Part shown: positions 37,016 to 45,338 of the stretch, piece by piece
Layout: every line of letters starts with the position of its first letter
How positions within the stretch are numbered: position 1 is the first letter of the stretch
From: an uncultured Sphaerobacteraceae bacterium
GTDB taxonomy: Bacteria; Chloroflexota; Chloroflexia; Thermomicrobiales; UBA6265
DNA length: 64,000 nt
Assembly (NCBI GenBank): GCA_964526965.1
Contig: CAZGML010000001.1
Coordinates: 19,667-83,666, forward strand
Direction: 5' to 3'
The notes under the pieces: model-generated
Told to the model about the DNA's origin: nothing
Seen by the model: the letters and a program-made list of their open reading frames with translations, nothing else
Database searches by the model: none
Position numbers and translations under genes: made by a program

Positions 37016-37579
37016 ATGAGGCGGCGGACATTTCTTCAAACGGGTATTGCGGGCATGGCGATGCTACCCCTGACCGGATTGGCGCAGTCAAACACTGCCC
37101 AAACCGGCGGACGTGAGCTGGTGGTGCATTCCGTGCACGAGGCACTTGTTCACTCGACCCCTCTGCAGGTCTATTCAGGACTGCAAACCCGGCCGGTCGA
37201 CGACCCGCTGCTCACAGAAGTCGCTGGCACTGAACTCACAATAGAAGTCTGGGACAACTGGAACGACCACGACATTCGGCGCGCGTTCGGTGGCTTTATT
37301 GTTCGTACGGGAGAAGACACTCTCGGTGCGTATTTGATTTTTGATACGCCTGATATCGCCCACAGCGTTCACCAACCAGTTGTTGACGAAATCGAACGCG
37401 GCTTCGTGAATGTTGGTGGTGTGCGTGCCAGTTGGATGGATGCCGGCGGTGTGGGTTTTGCACGCATGCGGCTTTGGAACGTGCTCATTACCGGTGCCGC
37501 TGAAACCGAACGCGAGACGGAAGATGTGATGCTGGGGTTGGTAAAACACCTTGGCCGCGCGATTGGCGTGCAGATTTAG
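37016..37579 (+). CDS. Tat-signal secreted hypothetical protein
   Basis: AGGAGAAG lies upstream. MRRRTFLQTGIAGMAMLPLTGLAQS is a twin-arginine signal. No recognisable domain follows it. Confidence 0.6.
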   Translation: MRRRTFLQTGIAGMAMLPLTGLAQSNTAQTGGRELVVHSVHEALVHSTPLQVYSGLQTRPVDDPLLTEVAGTELTIEVWDNWNDHDIRRAFGGFIVRTGEDTLGAYLIFDTPDIAHSVHQPVVDEIERGFVNVGGVRASWMDAGGVGFARMRLWNVLITGAAETERETEDVMLGLVKHLGRAIGVQI

Positions 37580-37604
37580 GTATCCCGATCAGGAACCACG
37601 TGAC

Positions 37605-38312
37605 TCAAGGCTCCTGATCCGCTCCGGTGAGATCCTTGTCCTCCATCTCCCAGGCATGATCCATAACGTGATAGGCCAGGTGACGAATGAGGAATCTGTG
37701 CGTCCAGTACGGTCCACCCTTTGCCCTCGATTCCTCGTGCCCCTGCACATGGAGATCACGGATCTCGTCCACGATCTGTTGATGAAAAAGGCTGCGTGCA
37801 TCCTGCGGGACGATGTCATGCACATCGGGGCGGATATCGAGTCGCTTCACCCAGTCGATCTCGCTGGCGAGAACATGCCGAACGATATGATCGCGGTCGC
37901 GTCCGCCACCGCGTGGCCCCTTTTTCAGATTCGGGGAAACGCGGGTAGCGATGTCATCTAACTCGGCCCAACATGCCTGGAGCCAATCCAGTTGGCGCTC
38001 AAGCTCTTCCATGCCAATCGGCTCGTGATCGAGCTCACTGTGCGCGAAAGAGATACCCCAGAAATCGGTGGAACTCACCCCTTCGTACTCGATTACAACG
38101 GAGGTCGCAGGCTCTGCGGCGTATTCCGCCGCGAGGCCGGCGCGTTTGGCCACCGCGGCATAGCGCTCCCGGTAGCGATTCATATGCTCAACGGCTGCGT
38201 CGGCTGACTTGCCGTTTCGTTCAAGCCCCGGCCAGTCGATAGCGTATGCCACGTGCTTCTTGTCCTTGGGGCCACGTTCCACTGCGGTTCGCATTTCACC
38301 CTCCAGTTTCAT
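37605..38312 (-). CDS. Hypothetical protein with a DinB-like C-terminal four-helix region (tentative)
   Basis: Lies in ORF 37605..38360. The start is ATG 38312 or ATG 38294. The His-rich C-terminus HIVRHVLASE...LIRHLAYHVMDHAWEME resembles the DinB/YfiT metal triad. Confidence 0.45.
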   Translation of the reverse strand: MKLEGEMRTAVERGPKDKKHVAYAIDWPGLERNGKSADAAVEHMNRYRERYAAVAKRAGLAAEYAAEPATSVVIEYEGVSSTDFWGISFAHSELDHEPIGMEELERQLDWLQACWAELDDIATRVSPNLKKGPRGGGRDRDHIVRHVLASEIDWVKRLDIRPDVHDIVPQDARSLFHQQIVDEIRDLHVQGHEESRAKGGPYWTHRFLIRHLAYHVMDHAWEMEDKDLTGADQEP

Positions 38313-38375
38313 TGATGTAACCAGAGAATAGCGGAAGCAGGTGACATATAGCGTCTGCATTAGCGTGTTTTAAAC

Positions 38376-38408
38376 GCAAAACGCCGGGAGGCGTGAACCT
38401 CCCGGCGT
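38376..38408 (-). terminator. Intrinsic terminator after dnaK
   Basis: An 11-bp stem forms between acgccgggagg (38381-38391) and cctcccggcgt (38398-38408). The minus strand then reads ttttgcgttt. Confidence 0.7.
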
Positions 38409-38428
38409 AGCTTGCTTCAGGCGAGCGT

Positions 38429-40393
38429 CTACTCAGACTTCTCGGATGTTTCCGCATCGTCGTCGTTGACTTCGCGGTACTCGCCTTCCACAGTGGTTTC
38501 ATCGTCAGCGGCCTGACCGGTGTCTTCCGCGGCACCACTGGCATCGAATCCGCCCATGTCCGGCTGGCCTTCAGCAGCGCCGGCTGCTTCGTACATGGCG
38601 CCACCGGCCGCCTGGAGGCTCTGCATCAGGGCCTCGTGGGCTGGCTTGATTCGGTCGATGTTTTCGCGGTCGTTCTCAAGCACGTCCTTGACGTCAGCGA
38701 TCTTGGTTTCGAGGTCGCTCTTGAGCTCGTCCGGAATCTTGTCGCCGCTCTCTTCGATCAGCTGCTCGGCCTGGAACATCATGCTTTCCGCTTCGTTGCG
38801 GGTATTGATGGCTTCCTTGCGAGCGGCGTCCTCGGAGGCGTGCTCCTCGGCCTCCTTCACCATGCGATCGACTTCCTCTTCGCTGAGGCCGGAGCTACCG
38901 GTGATGGTGATCTTCTGCTCCTTACCGGTCGCGGTGTCGGTTGCAGTGACGTTGAGGATACCGTTGGCGTCGATATCGAAGGTCACTTCGATCTTCGGAA
39001 CACCTCGCTGGGCCGGGGCAATTCCATCCAGAATGAATCGACCAAGGCTCTTGTTATCGGTGGCCATTGGGCGCTCGCCCTGGAGAACGTTAATCTCCAC
39101 CTGCGGCTGGTTGTCGCTGGCCGTGGTGAACGTCTGGCTCTTGCGGGCCGGGATTGTAGTGTTGCGCTCAATAAGCGGGGTAGCAACTCCACCCAATGTC
39201 TCAATGGCGAGTGTGAGCGGGGTCACGTCCAGCAGGAGGATGTCCTTGACGTCACCGCCAAGCACACCACCCTGGATCGCAGCGCCGATTGCCACGACTT
39301 CGTCCGGGTTGATGCCCTTGTGCGGCTCCTTGCCAAAGAAGTCAGAAACATGCTTCTGCACGTAGGGCATACGGGTCTGACCACCAACGAGCAATGCTTC
39401 GTCGACATCACCCTTACCAATGCCGGCATCCTTGAGCGCGGCTTCCATCGGCTGCGTTGTACGGCCGATCAGCTCACCAACCAGCGATTCCAGCTTGGAG
39501 CGGCTGAGGTCGATGTTGAGGTGCTTGGGTCCACTGGCATCGGCCGTGATAAACGGCAGGTTGATGTCAGTATTCTGCGTGCTTGAAAGCTCGATCTTGG
39601 CCTTCTCGGCAGCTTCCTTGAGACGCTGCAGGGCCATGCGGTCGTTGCGAAGGTCAACACCTTCCTGCTTCTTAAACTCATCGGCCAGCCAGTTAATGAT
39701 GATCTGGTCGATGTCATCACCACCAAGGTGGGTATCACCATTGGTCGCGAGCACCTGGAAGACGCCATCGCTGAGGTCGAGGATGGAGATGTCGTATGTA
39801 CCACCACCAAGGTCGTACACGGCTACCTTCTCATCCTTGTCATTCTTGTCGAGGCCGTATGCCAGTGCAGATGCGGTTGGCTCGTTGATAATGCGGAGCA
39901 CTTCGAGACCGGCGATCTTGCCCGCGTCCTTGGTGGCATCGCGCTGGGCGTTGTCGAAGTACGCCGGCACAGTAATGACCGCCTTGTCTACGGTTTCGCC
40001 CAGGTAAGCTTCAGCATCCTGCTTCATTTTCTGCAGGATCATCGCGCTGATTTCCTGCGGGCTGTACCACTTGTCGCCCATCTTCACCTGCACGTCGCCG
40101 TTCGGGGCGGCCTGCACGCCGTAGGGAACAAGTTCCTTGTCCTTGGCGATGGCGGGATCGTCGAACTTACTACCGACGAAGCGCTTCACCGAGAAGATAG
40201 TGTTATCCGGGTTCGTAACGGCCTGGCGTCGGGCAAACCGACCAACGAGTCGCTCACCGGAACTGGTGAGGGCCACTACGGACGGGGTGAGTCGTTCACC
40301 TTCCGCGTTGGGGATTACGACCGGCTCGCCACCTTCGATGGCGGCCATTGCCGAGTTGGTAGTTCCGAGGTCAATACCGATTGTTCGTCCCAT
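38429..40393 (-). CDS. dnaK: Chaperone DnaK (Hsp70)
   Basis: [22 protein letters not shown] and the [11 protein letters not shown]-type motifs are present, with an acidic C-terminal tail. Confidence 0.98.
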   Translation of the reverse strand: MGRTIGIDLGTTNSAMAAIEGGEPVVIPNAEGERLTPSVVALTSSGERLVGRFARRQAVTNPDNTIFSVKRFVGSKFDDPAIAKDKELVPYGVQAAPNGDVQVKMGDKWYSPQEISAMILQKMKQDAEAYLGETVDKAVITVPAYFDNAQRDATKDAGKIAGLEVLRIINEPTASALAYGLDKNDKDEKVAVYDLGGGTYDISILDLSDGVFQVLATNGDTHLGGDDIDQIIINWLADEFKKQEGVDLRNDRMALQRLKEAAEKAKIELSSTQNTDINLPFITADASGPKHLNIDLSRSKLESLVGELIGRTTQPMEAALKDAGIGKGDVDEALLVGGQTRMPYVQKHVSDFFGKEPHKGINPDEVVAIGAAIQGGVLGGDVKDILLLDVTPLTLAIETLGGVATPLIERNTTIPARKSQTFTTASDNQPQVEINVLQGERPMATDNKSLGRFILDGIAPAQRGVPKIEVTFDIDANGILNVTATDTATGKEQKITITGSSGLSEEEVDRMVKEAEEHASEDAARKEAINTRNEAESMMFQAEQLIEESGDKIPDELKSDLETKIADVKDVLENDRENIDRIKPAHEALMQSLQAAGGAMYEAAGAAEGQPDMGGFDASGAAEDTGQAADDETTVEGEYREVNDDDAETSEKSE

Positions 40394-40473
40394 ATCTCTG
40401 TTTCTCCTTTAAAGGTTTGTGGCAACTGCCACGGTTTCACGGTTGGTTGCTCTCGTCGTTGAGAAACAACCCG

Positions 40474-41049
40474 TTAAGCGTCAAACTCCTGTGGTGCATC
40501 ACCGGTTTTCACCATGGCGGCACGCAACAGCGTGTCTCCAAGCTTGTACCCCTTCTGATACACCTCAACCACGACTTCTCCACTGCTTCCGGGCTCGGTT
40601 GCGACGGACTCATGAATCGCGGGATCAAACTTCGATCCAACGCCATCGACTTCCTCAACACCCGAAGACTCCAGGACCTGATGAAATTTGCCCTGGATCA
40701 TCTTGATGCCCTTAACCCAGCTATCGTCGTCCTCATTTTCGGGGACGGCTTCCATCGCCCTGTCCCAATCATCAATGACCGGAAGGAACTTTCCGATAGT
40801 GCTAGCGGTAACCATTTCGCTCAATCGCAGCTTTTCGGCTTCAGAGCGTTTGCGGAAGTTGATGAACTCCGCCCGGCTGCGCTGGAGCTGGTCGAGATAG
40901 TCATCGCGCTGGGCGATGAGCTTCTCTACGATGCTTTCCTCTTCGTCTGATTCCTCGTCGACGTCGGGCTCTTCGCCCTCAAACTGCTCGACTTCTTCCA
41001 GTTCTTCATCGAACTGATCTTCGTGGTCATTCACGTGTTCATTCGTCAT
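40474..41049 (-). CDS. grpE: Nucleotide exchange factor GrpE
   Basis: An acidic N-terminus is followed by YLDQLQRSRAEFINFRKRSE and the C-terminal beta domain ...VVVEVYQKGYKLGDTLLRAAMVK. Confidence 0.92.
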   Translation of the reverse strand: MTNEHVNDHEDQFDEELEEVEQFEGEEPDVDEESDEEESIVEKLIAQRDDYLDQLQRSRAEFINFRKRSEAEKLRLSEMVTASTIGKFLPVIDDWDRAMEAVPENEDDDSWVKGIKMIQGKFHQVLESSGVEEVDGVGSKFDPAIHESVATEPGSSGEVVVEVYQKGYKLGDTLLRAAMVKTGDAPQEFDA

Positions 41050-41103
41050 TCACTCACTCCAGTTAACCGAACCCGTGTCCGGCAGGTCTCATCTTCAATC
41101 TCA

Positions 41104-42147
41104 TCAGGCCGTATACAAATCGGCCATTAGATCACTCATTAATCGGGCCATGTACCGCACAGACGGGATGCTGTGCCAATAGCGCATACGGGTTGGGCCA
41201 AGTACACCCAACAGGCCGGTAACTTCGCCATCGATACCATACGTTGCAATTACAATGCCGAAGTTGCGTAGCGCCTGGGCCGGATTCTCCTCACCAATGA
41301 AGACCTGAACGTCATCATCGGGTGTTAGTTGAGGCAGTAGCTCGCTCAGGAGCGCCGATCCGTGCATGAGCTCGAGCACCACATGCCCGTCGCTACCGCT
41401 GAACTCTGGCTGGCTCAACATCTTGTCCAGCCCCGAATGTCGCAGCGGTGTATCCTGCACGGAATCCATTGCCCGCAAACCGCTTACGATTTGCTGCAGC
41501 ACGAACTTGTCGATACCTGTGGCAACTTCTGCATAGGGCTCGATCTCGCGGCTGCTAAGACCGCGCAGCGATGCAACGCGATCGTCTGCCAGTGCGCTCA
41601 GCAATGGCTGCTCAGCCTCCTGCGGCAGGTGCAGCATCATCTGGCGAACCGCGCTTTCCTGCGTCACCAGAATCAACAGCGCCATGCGCGGCTGAAGCGA
41701 AATCAGCTCGAAGTGCCGCAACCTGGCAACATGGGTCTTCGGCGCGGTCACAATGCTCGCCATGCCAGATGTGCTGCTCAGCACGCTGGCGGCAAACTCG
41801 ACCATGCTATCAAGCTGCGCCTCGACTTGCCGGAACTGGTGACGAATCATCACCTGGTCACTCTGCGCCAGGGATCGGTTCGGCATCAAATGATGCACGT
41901 AATAGCGGTACCCCTGGTCGGTCGGCACTCGTCCACCCGAGGTGTGCGGCTGCACCACGTACCCCATCTGCTCCAGCGCAACCATCTCATTTCGAATAGT
42001 GGCACTGGAAATCGGGGCGTTGTAGCGGGAAACCAGTGTGTTTGAACCAACTGGCTTACCAGAATCCACATACTCTCGTACCAGCAACTGCAAAAGCTTC
42101 TGCCGTCGCTCGGTCATATCTGGATTGTGAGGATTTCGTTGATCCAT
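41104..42147 (-). CDS. hrcA: Heat-inducible transcription repressor HrcA
   Basis: Start at ATG 42147. MTERRQKLLQLLVREYVDSGKPVGSNTLVS, ...SSATIRNEMVALEQMGYVVQPHTSGGRVPT is present. Confidence 0.92.
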   Translation of the reverse strand: MDQRNPHNPDMTERRQKLLQLLVREYVDSGKPVGSNTLVSRYNAPISSATIRNEMVALEQMGYVVQPHTSGGRVPTDQGYRYYVHHLMPNRSLAQSDQVMIRHQFRQVEAQLDSMVEFAASVLSSTSGMASIVTAPKTHVARLRHFELISLQPRMALLILVTQESAVRQMMLHLPQEAEQPLLSALADDRVASLRGLSSREIEPYAEVATGIDKFVLQQIVSGLRAMDSVQDTPLRHSGLDKMLSQPEFSGSDGHVVLELMHGSALLSELLPQLTPDDDVQVFIGEENPAQALRNFGIVIATYGIDGEVTGLLGVLGPTRMRYWHSIPSVRYMARLMSDLMADLYTA

Positions 42148-42168
42148 ATCACACCTCCGGCACACAGT

Positions 42169-42195
42169 TTAGCACTCTCACACAGAGACTGCTAA
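42169..42195 (-). promoter_or_regulatory. CIRCE operator (HrcA binding site)
   Basis: TTAGCACTC-tcacacaga-GACTGCTAA compares with the consensus TTAGCACTC-N9-GAGTGCTAA, with one mismatch. It sits 22 nt upstream of the hrcA ATG. Confidence 0.85.
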
Positions 42196-42203
42196 CACCG
42201 AAA

Positions 42204-42233
42204 AGGTTACAAGGTTGATACGGACCTTGTCAA
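42204..42233 (-). promoter_or_regulatory. Candidate promoter of hrcA-grpE-dnaK
   Basis: The minus strand reads TTGACA (42233-42228), an 18-nt spacer, then TAACCT (42209-42204), just upstream of CIRCE. Confidence 0.4.
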
Positions 42234-42274
42234 GGTTAAGGAGCCGAGCCTAAACGCGTGTTGATGGGTTCTAT

Positions 42275-42964
42275 TTATTGTTGCTTGCCGCGGCGGAAGA
42301 GCTTGTCCAGCAGGCTCTGCTGCTCTTCCTTGAGCGCCTGGTCGATGCGGGCACGCATGTCCGGATCCATCTTCTTGCGCTCGGGGGTCTGCACTACCTG
42401 GGCGCCCGGTGGGAGCACATCACTCGACTCAATCAACCCGAGGCCGCGCTTGCTCGCCTCCTCGACTGCCATGTGAATCGTTGTGAGGATCGGGTACGGA
42501 TCCATCTCCGCATCATGGATTCGCTTCGCCCAGAGTTCAAGTCGCTGCTCCACCATCTCCTGCAACTTGGGGATGAGATGCGGAGGCACCCAGGCGCCAC
42601 CCATCGGGAAACCACCCTGCATTTCCAGGCGGATCGGCATCTTGTCGATCAGTTTCGGGTTGTGTCCGTGGTCAACGAATACACGTGCTGGCGGGCGCAT
42701 CAGCATTCCCACGCCCCGGTCGATCATGGCCTCCCAGTGTGTGAGTCCGCAGAACTCGTAGTAGAAGGATGGATACTGCTCGGCCATTGCCATCGCGATA
42801 CCGCTGGTGAGGCGGTTTGCTTCGTCTTCCGAGATCTCTCGTGAGATAAACTCCGGCAAATCGGGTTGCCACCAGTTCCAGGCAGGCGCCTCCTCGCCTC
42901 GAAGCGAGTTGATGTATTGTGTAGCGATTTCAGGCGAGTAGAGATGCAGGCATACCTGTTGCAT
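42275..42964 (-). CDS. Hypothetical protein with no recognised domain
   Basis: Lies in ORF 42275..43000. The likely start is ATG 42964 (MQQVCLHLYSPEIATQY). The C-terminus is basic and coiled (KKMDPDMRARIDQALKEEQQSLLDKLFRRGKQQ). Confidence 0.55.
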   Translation of the reverse strand: MQQVCLHLYSPEIATQYINSLRGEEAPAWNWWQPDLPEFISREISEDEANRLTSGIAMAMAEQYPSFYYEFCGLTHWEAMIDRGVGMLMRPPARVFVDHGHNPKLIDKMPIRLEMQGGFPMGGAWVPPHLIPKLQEMVEQRLELWAKRIHDAEMDPYPILTTIHMAVEEASKRGLGLIESSDVLPPGAQVVQTPERKKMDPDMRARIDQALKEEQQSLLDKLFRRGKQQ

Positions 42965-43030
42965 GGTTGATCCTTTCCTGTGATGAACATATCGTGCCAC
43001 GAATCACCGGATTACGTCATACTATCCGGC

Positions 43031-43663
43031 ATGAAAACGATGCACGCGTACATGCGTCTCTCCACCAATCTCACCGAACGTACACGCGACCGATGCCCGG
43101 ATGCCGTGTTTTGCAACGACGGCGTTGAGGTCTCGGCCATTCGTACCGACACGGAACACCCGCACCTGTCGGTTGATGATCACAGTCTGGAAGAGCTGTC
43201 CCTTCATGATGATGTGCTCAGCCGCTTCATTGACGAAGAAGCCTGGCTGCAGGAGTTCGCGCGGGTGTTATCGCCGGGAGGGACGCTGCGCTTCACCGTG
43301 CCGGCAACAGGATTGTTCGCCTGGCTTGATACGATGAACGCCTACCGCTACCTGGCGGATGTCAGCGGCAGGGGTCATGCACCGGACGCCGCCCTGCCCA
43401 CCGGCTGGAACCGTCACTACTCCCGCAATCACATCCGCACGCTGCTGGAAGCTACAGGCTTCAGCAGCGTGCACATCCGCTCGCAGAGCTACGCCATACA
43501 GGAAATGCGGCTCCTGACGGGGATGTTGTACGAAAACTGGATCAGGCAGGATCGGCTGGCTGAATCCAGGCTGTTTCCTGAGCTTGGCAAGCGCGACCCG
43601 AATAACGATGCATCGCTGCTCACCACCACCTGGAGTGTGACTGCCACGAAACGCGTTAAATAG
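43031..43663 (+). CDS. Class I methyltransferase-fold protein with a degenerate SAM-binding motif I
   Basis: Start at ATG 43031. The post-I to motif III region is clear (LQEFARVLSPGGTLRFTVP). The position of the VLDxGCGxG loop reads PDAVFCNDG. Confidence 0.55.
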   Translation: MKTMHAYMRLSTNLTERTRDRCPDAVFCNDGVEVSAIRTDTEHPHLSVDDHSLEELSLHDDVLSRFIDEEAWLQEFARVLSPGGTLRFTVPATGLFAWLDTMNAYRYLADVSGRGHAPDAALPTGWNRHYSRNHIRTLLEATGFSSVHIRSQSYAIQEMRLLTGMLYENWIRQDRLAESRLFPELGKRDPNNDASLLTTTWSVTATKRVK

Positions 43664-43740
43664 GCACGTAACCGGGCCGACGTCAGCACGGTTACGCTGA
43701 GTCGTCCCGGTCGTCAATCCACTTCAAGAGGAACTCATCG

Positions 43741-45153
43741 TTATGCGTTGCCTGCGGCCTCTCGCAACGCGGCCGGGGCTTCCACTGGCACCTTCACTGG
43801 CTTGATGTACTTGTCGACCAGCTCGCCCTTGCCGGCAACGCCCAACTCGCGCATTACCAACTCGAAGCGTGGCTGAATCTCCGCATAAATGGCCTTTTTG
43901 GTATCTTCCGGCAGACTCCACAACTGCTTCTTGAACGGACCAAACGCGTTCTTGCGGGTTGTGTAGTAGAACTGCGCGTCTGTCATATCTTCCTTGCGAG
44001 ACGATGCATGGTGCTCATCGAGGTAGGCATAGATCTCATCGCGCAGATCGGAGGGGAAGTGTTCGCTGTCGTAGAAGGCATTTTGATACGCAGTGGCCAG
44101 GTGCACCTCGATGGCGTCGACTTCGGCGAACTTGCCGAACGCCTCTTCCGGCAAGGTACTGGCACCGTGCTGCACGGAGCCGGCCATGCCGAGTTCCTTG
44201 GAAGCCTGGCTTAGCTTGCCGAGCGTCTCAAAATCGACTGCCGCATCTGCAATGCTGCCATCCGGCAATACAACGCCACCGTGGCTGGTACCGGTTTGCA
44301 CGCTCATTTTGCTCACCGGAACGATATCGTCGCCCAGTTTGGCGAGCTCTTCTTCGTAGCCTTCGTAGAATGCGTGCAGGTCGTCGACAGTACTGTTCTC
44401 GCTGCCGATCTCACCTATTTCCGCTCCTACTGAAATCGTCATGCCCTCTGGCTCGACCTTGCGGATTGCAGCAGTGAGTTCTGCGGTGTGTCGGCTGTTA
44501 AGCTCCTGCTGTTCCTTCAGCGTGGGCCTGGAGAGGTCGACAAGCGTGCTGCAATCAACATCGATATTGCCGTAGCCTGCGTTGATGGCGTTGACAGCGT
44601 GCTGTCGTACCGCCTCGATCTCGGCCTCCGGGTCTTCTCCGTACTTCTTGCGATTGGCCTGATAATGATCGCCCTGAATCATCACCGGACCTTCCCATCC
44701 GGTGCGAACGGCTGCGGCCAACACGCTGGTGGCGTATTCAGCCGGCGTTTGATCGGTGTAGCCATTTTCGGATCGGGCCAGTTCGAGAATCAATTGCCGG
44801 GTTTCCGTGGCCATGGCGGCGCGGAAAACGGTACTGGCAAAATCGAACACATCGCCACGGACGTTGATCGCGGGGGTGGTGCGATTGTGATATTCACCGC
44901 GAGCCGCGGCCATATAGAGTTCCTGAATCGACGCGGGGAATGCGCCCATCTGGAAGGCGATCTGGCGCACCAGCCACCGGGCGGACGCTTGTGGATCGCC
45001 GGTTCCGAATGTGCTGGTCCAGGCGAGCTGCTCGATCACATCCGTGCGCACGGCATCGACATCGAGGATTTCCACGTCGTTTCCGGTCACGCGCACCGAT
45101 CCGTCCAGCGCCTCGACCAGTGACTCCATATTCTCGTGAATAACTCGGGACAT
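43741..45153 (-). CDS. Class II fructose/ketose-bisphosphate aldolase family protein (long form, about 470 aa)
   Basis: Start at ATG 45153. PAINVRG, IQGDHYQ, IDVDCS, EIGEIGS, VQTGTSHGG and VQHGAST map onto the conserved class II aldolase barrel motifs. Confidence 0.78.
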   Translation of the reverse strand: MSRVIHENMESLVEALDGSVRVTGNDVEILDVDAVRTDVIEQLAWTSTFGTGDPQASARWLVRQIAFQMGAFPASIQELYMAAARGEYHNRTTPAINVRGDVFDFASTVFRAAMATETRQLILELARSENGYTDQTPAEYATSVLAAAVRTGWEGPVMIQGDHYQANRKKYGEDPEAEIEAVRQHAVNAINAGYGNIDVDCSTLVDLSRPTLKEQQELNSRHTAELTAAIRKVEPEGMTISVGAEIGEIGSENSTVDDLHAFYEGYEEELAKLGDDIVPVSKMSVQTGTSHGGVVLPDGSIADAAVDFETLGKLSQASKELGMAGSVQHGASTLPEEAFGKFAEVDAIEVHLATAYQNAFYDSEHFPSDLRDEIYAYLDEHHASSRKEDMTDAQFYYTTRKNAFGPFKKQLWSLPEDTKKAIYAEIQPRFELVMRELGVAGKGELVDKYIKPVKVPVEAPAALREAAGNA

Positions 45154-45278
45154 GTGCTTCGGGCCTTTCTGCAGATTCAACAGCTGTTTACGGGCTGAAC
45201 ACGCAGGGCCTGTGCCAGCGAATTACCCGCCGTTACCATCATCATGGTATCGCGACTTGCTGACAAATGGGGCATACG

Positions 45279-45319
45279 AAAAAAACAAAGCCCCGAATAT
45301 GTTGCCATTCGGGGCTTTG
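45279..45319 (-). terminator. Intrinsic terminator after the multi-cupredoxin gene
   Basis: A 13-bp stem forms between caaagccccgaat (45286-45298) and attcggggctttg (45307-45319). The minus strand then reads ttttttt. Confidence 0.75.
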
Positions 45320-45338
45320 CGAGTATTCGATTCAGGAG

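Noticed and set aside
38520-39586. Two overlapping plus-strand ORFs of 281 and 316 aa
   Set aside because: Both are antisense to dnaK. They are low-complexity Ser/Ala/Leu-rich translations.
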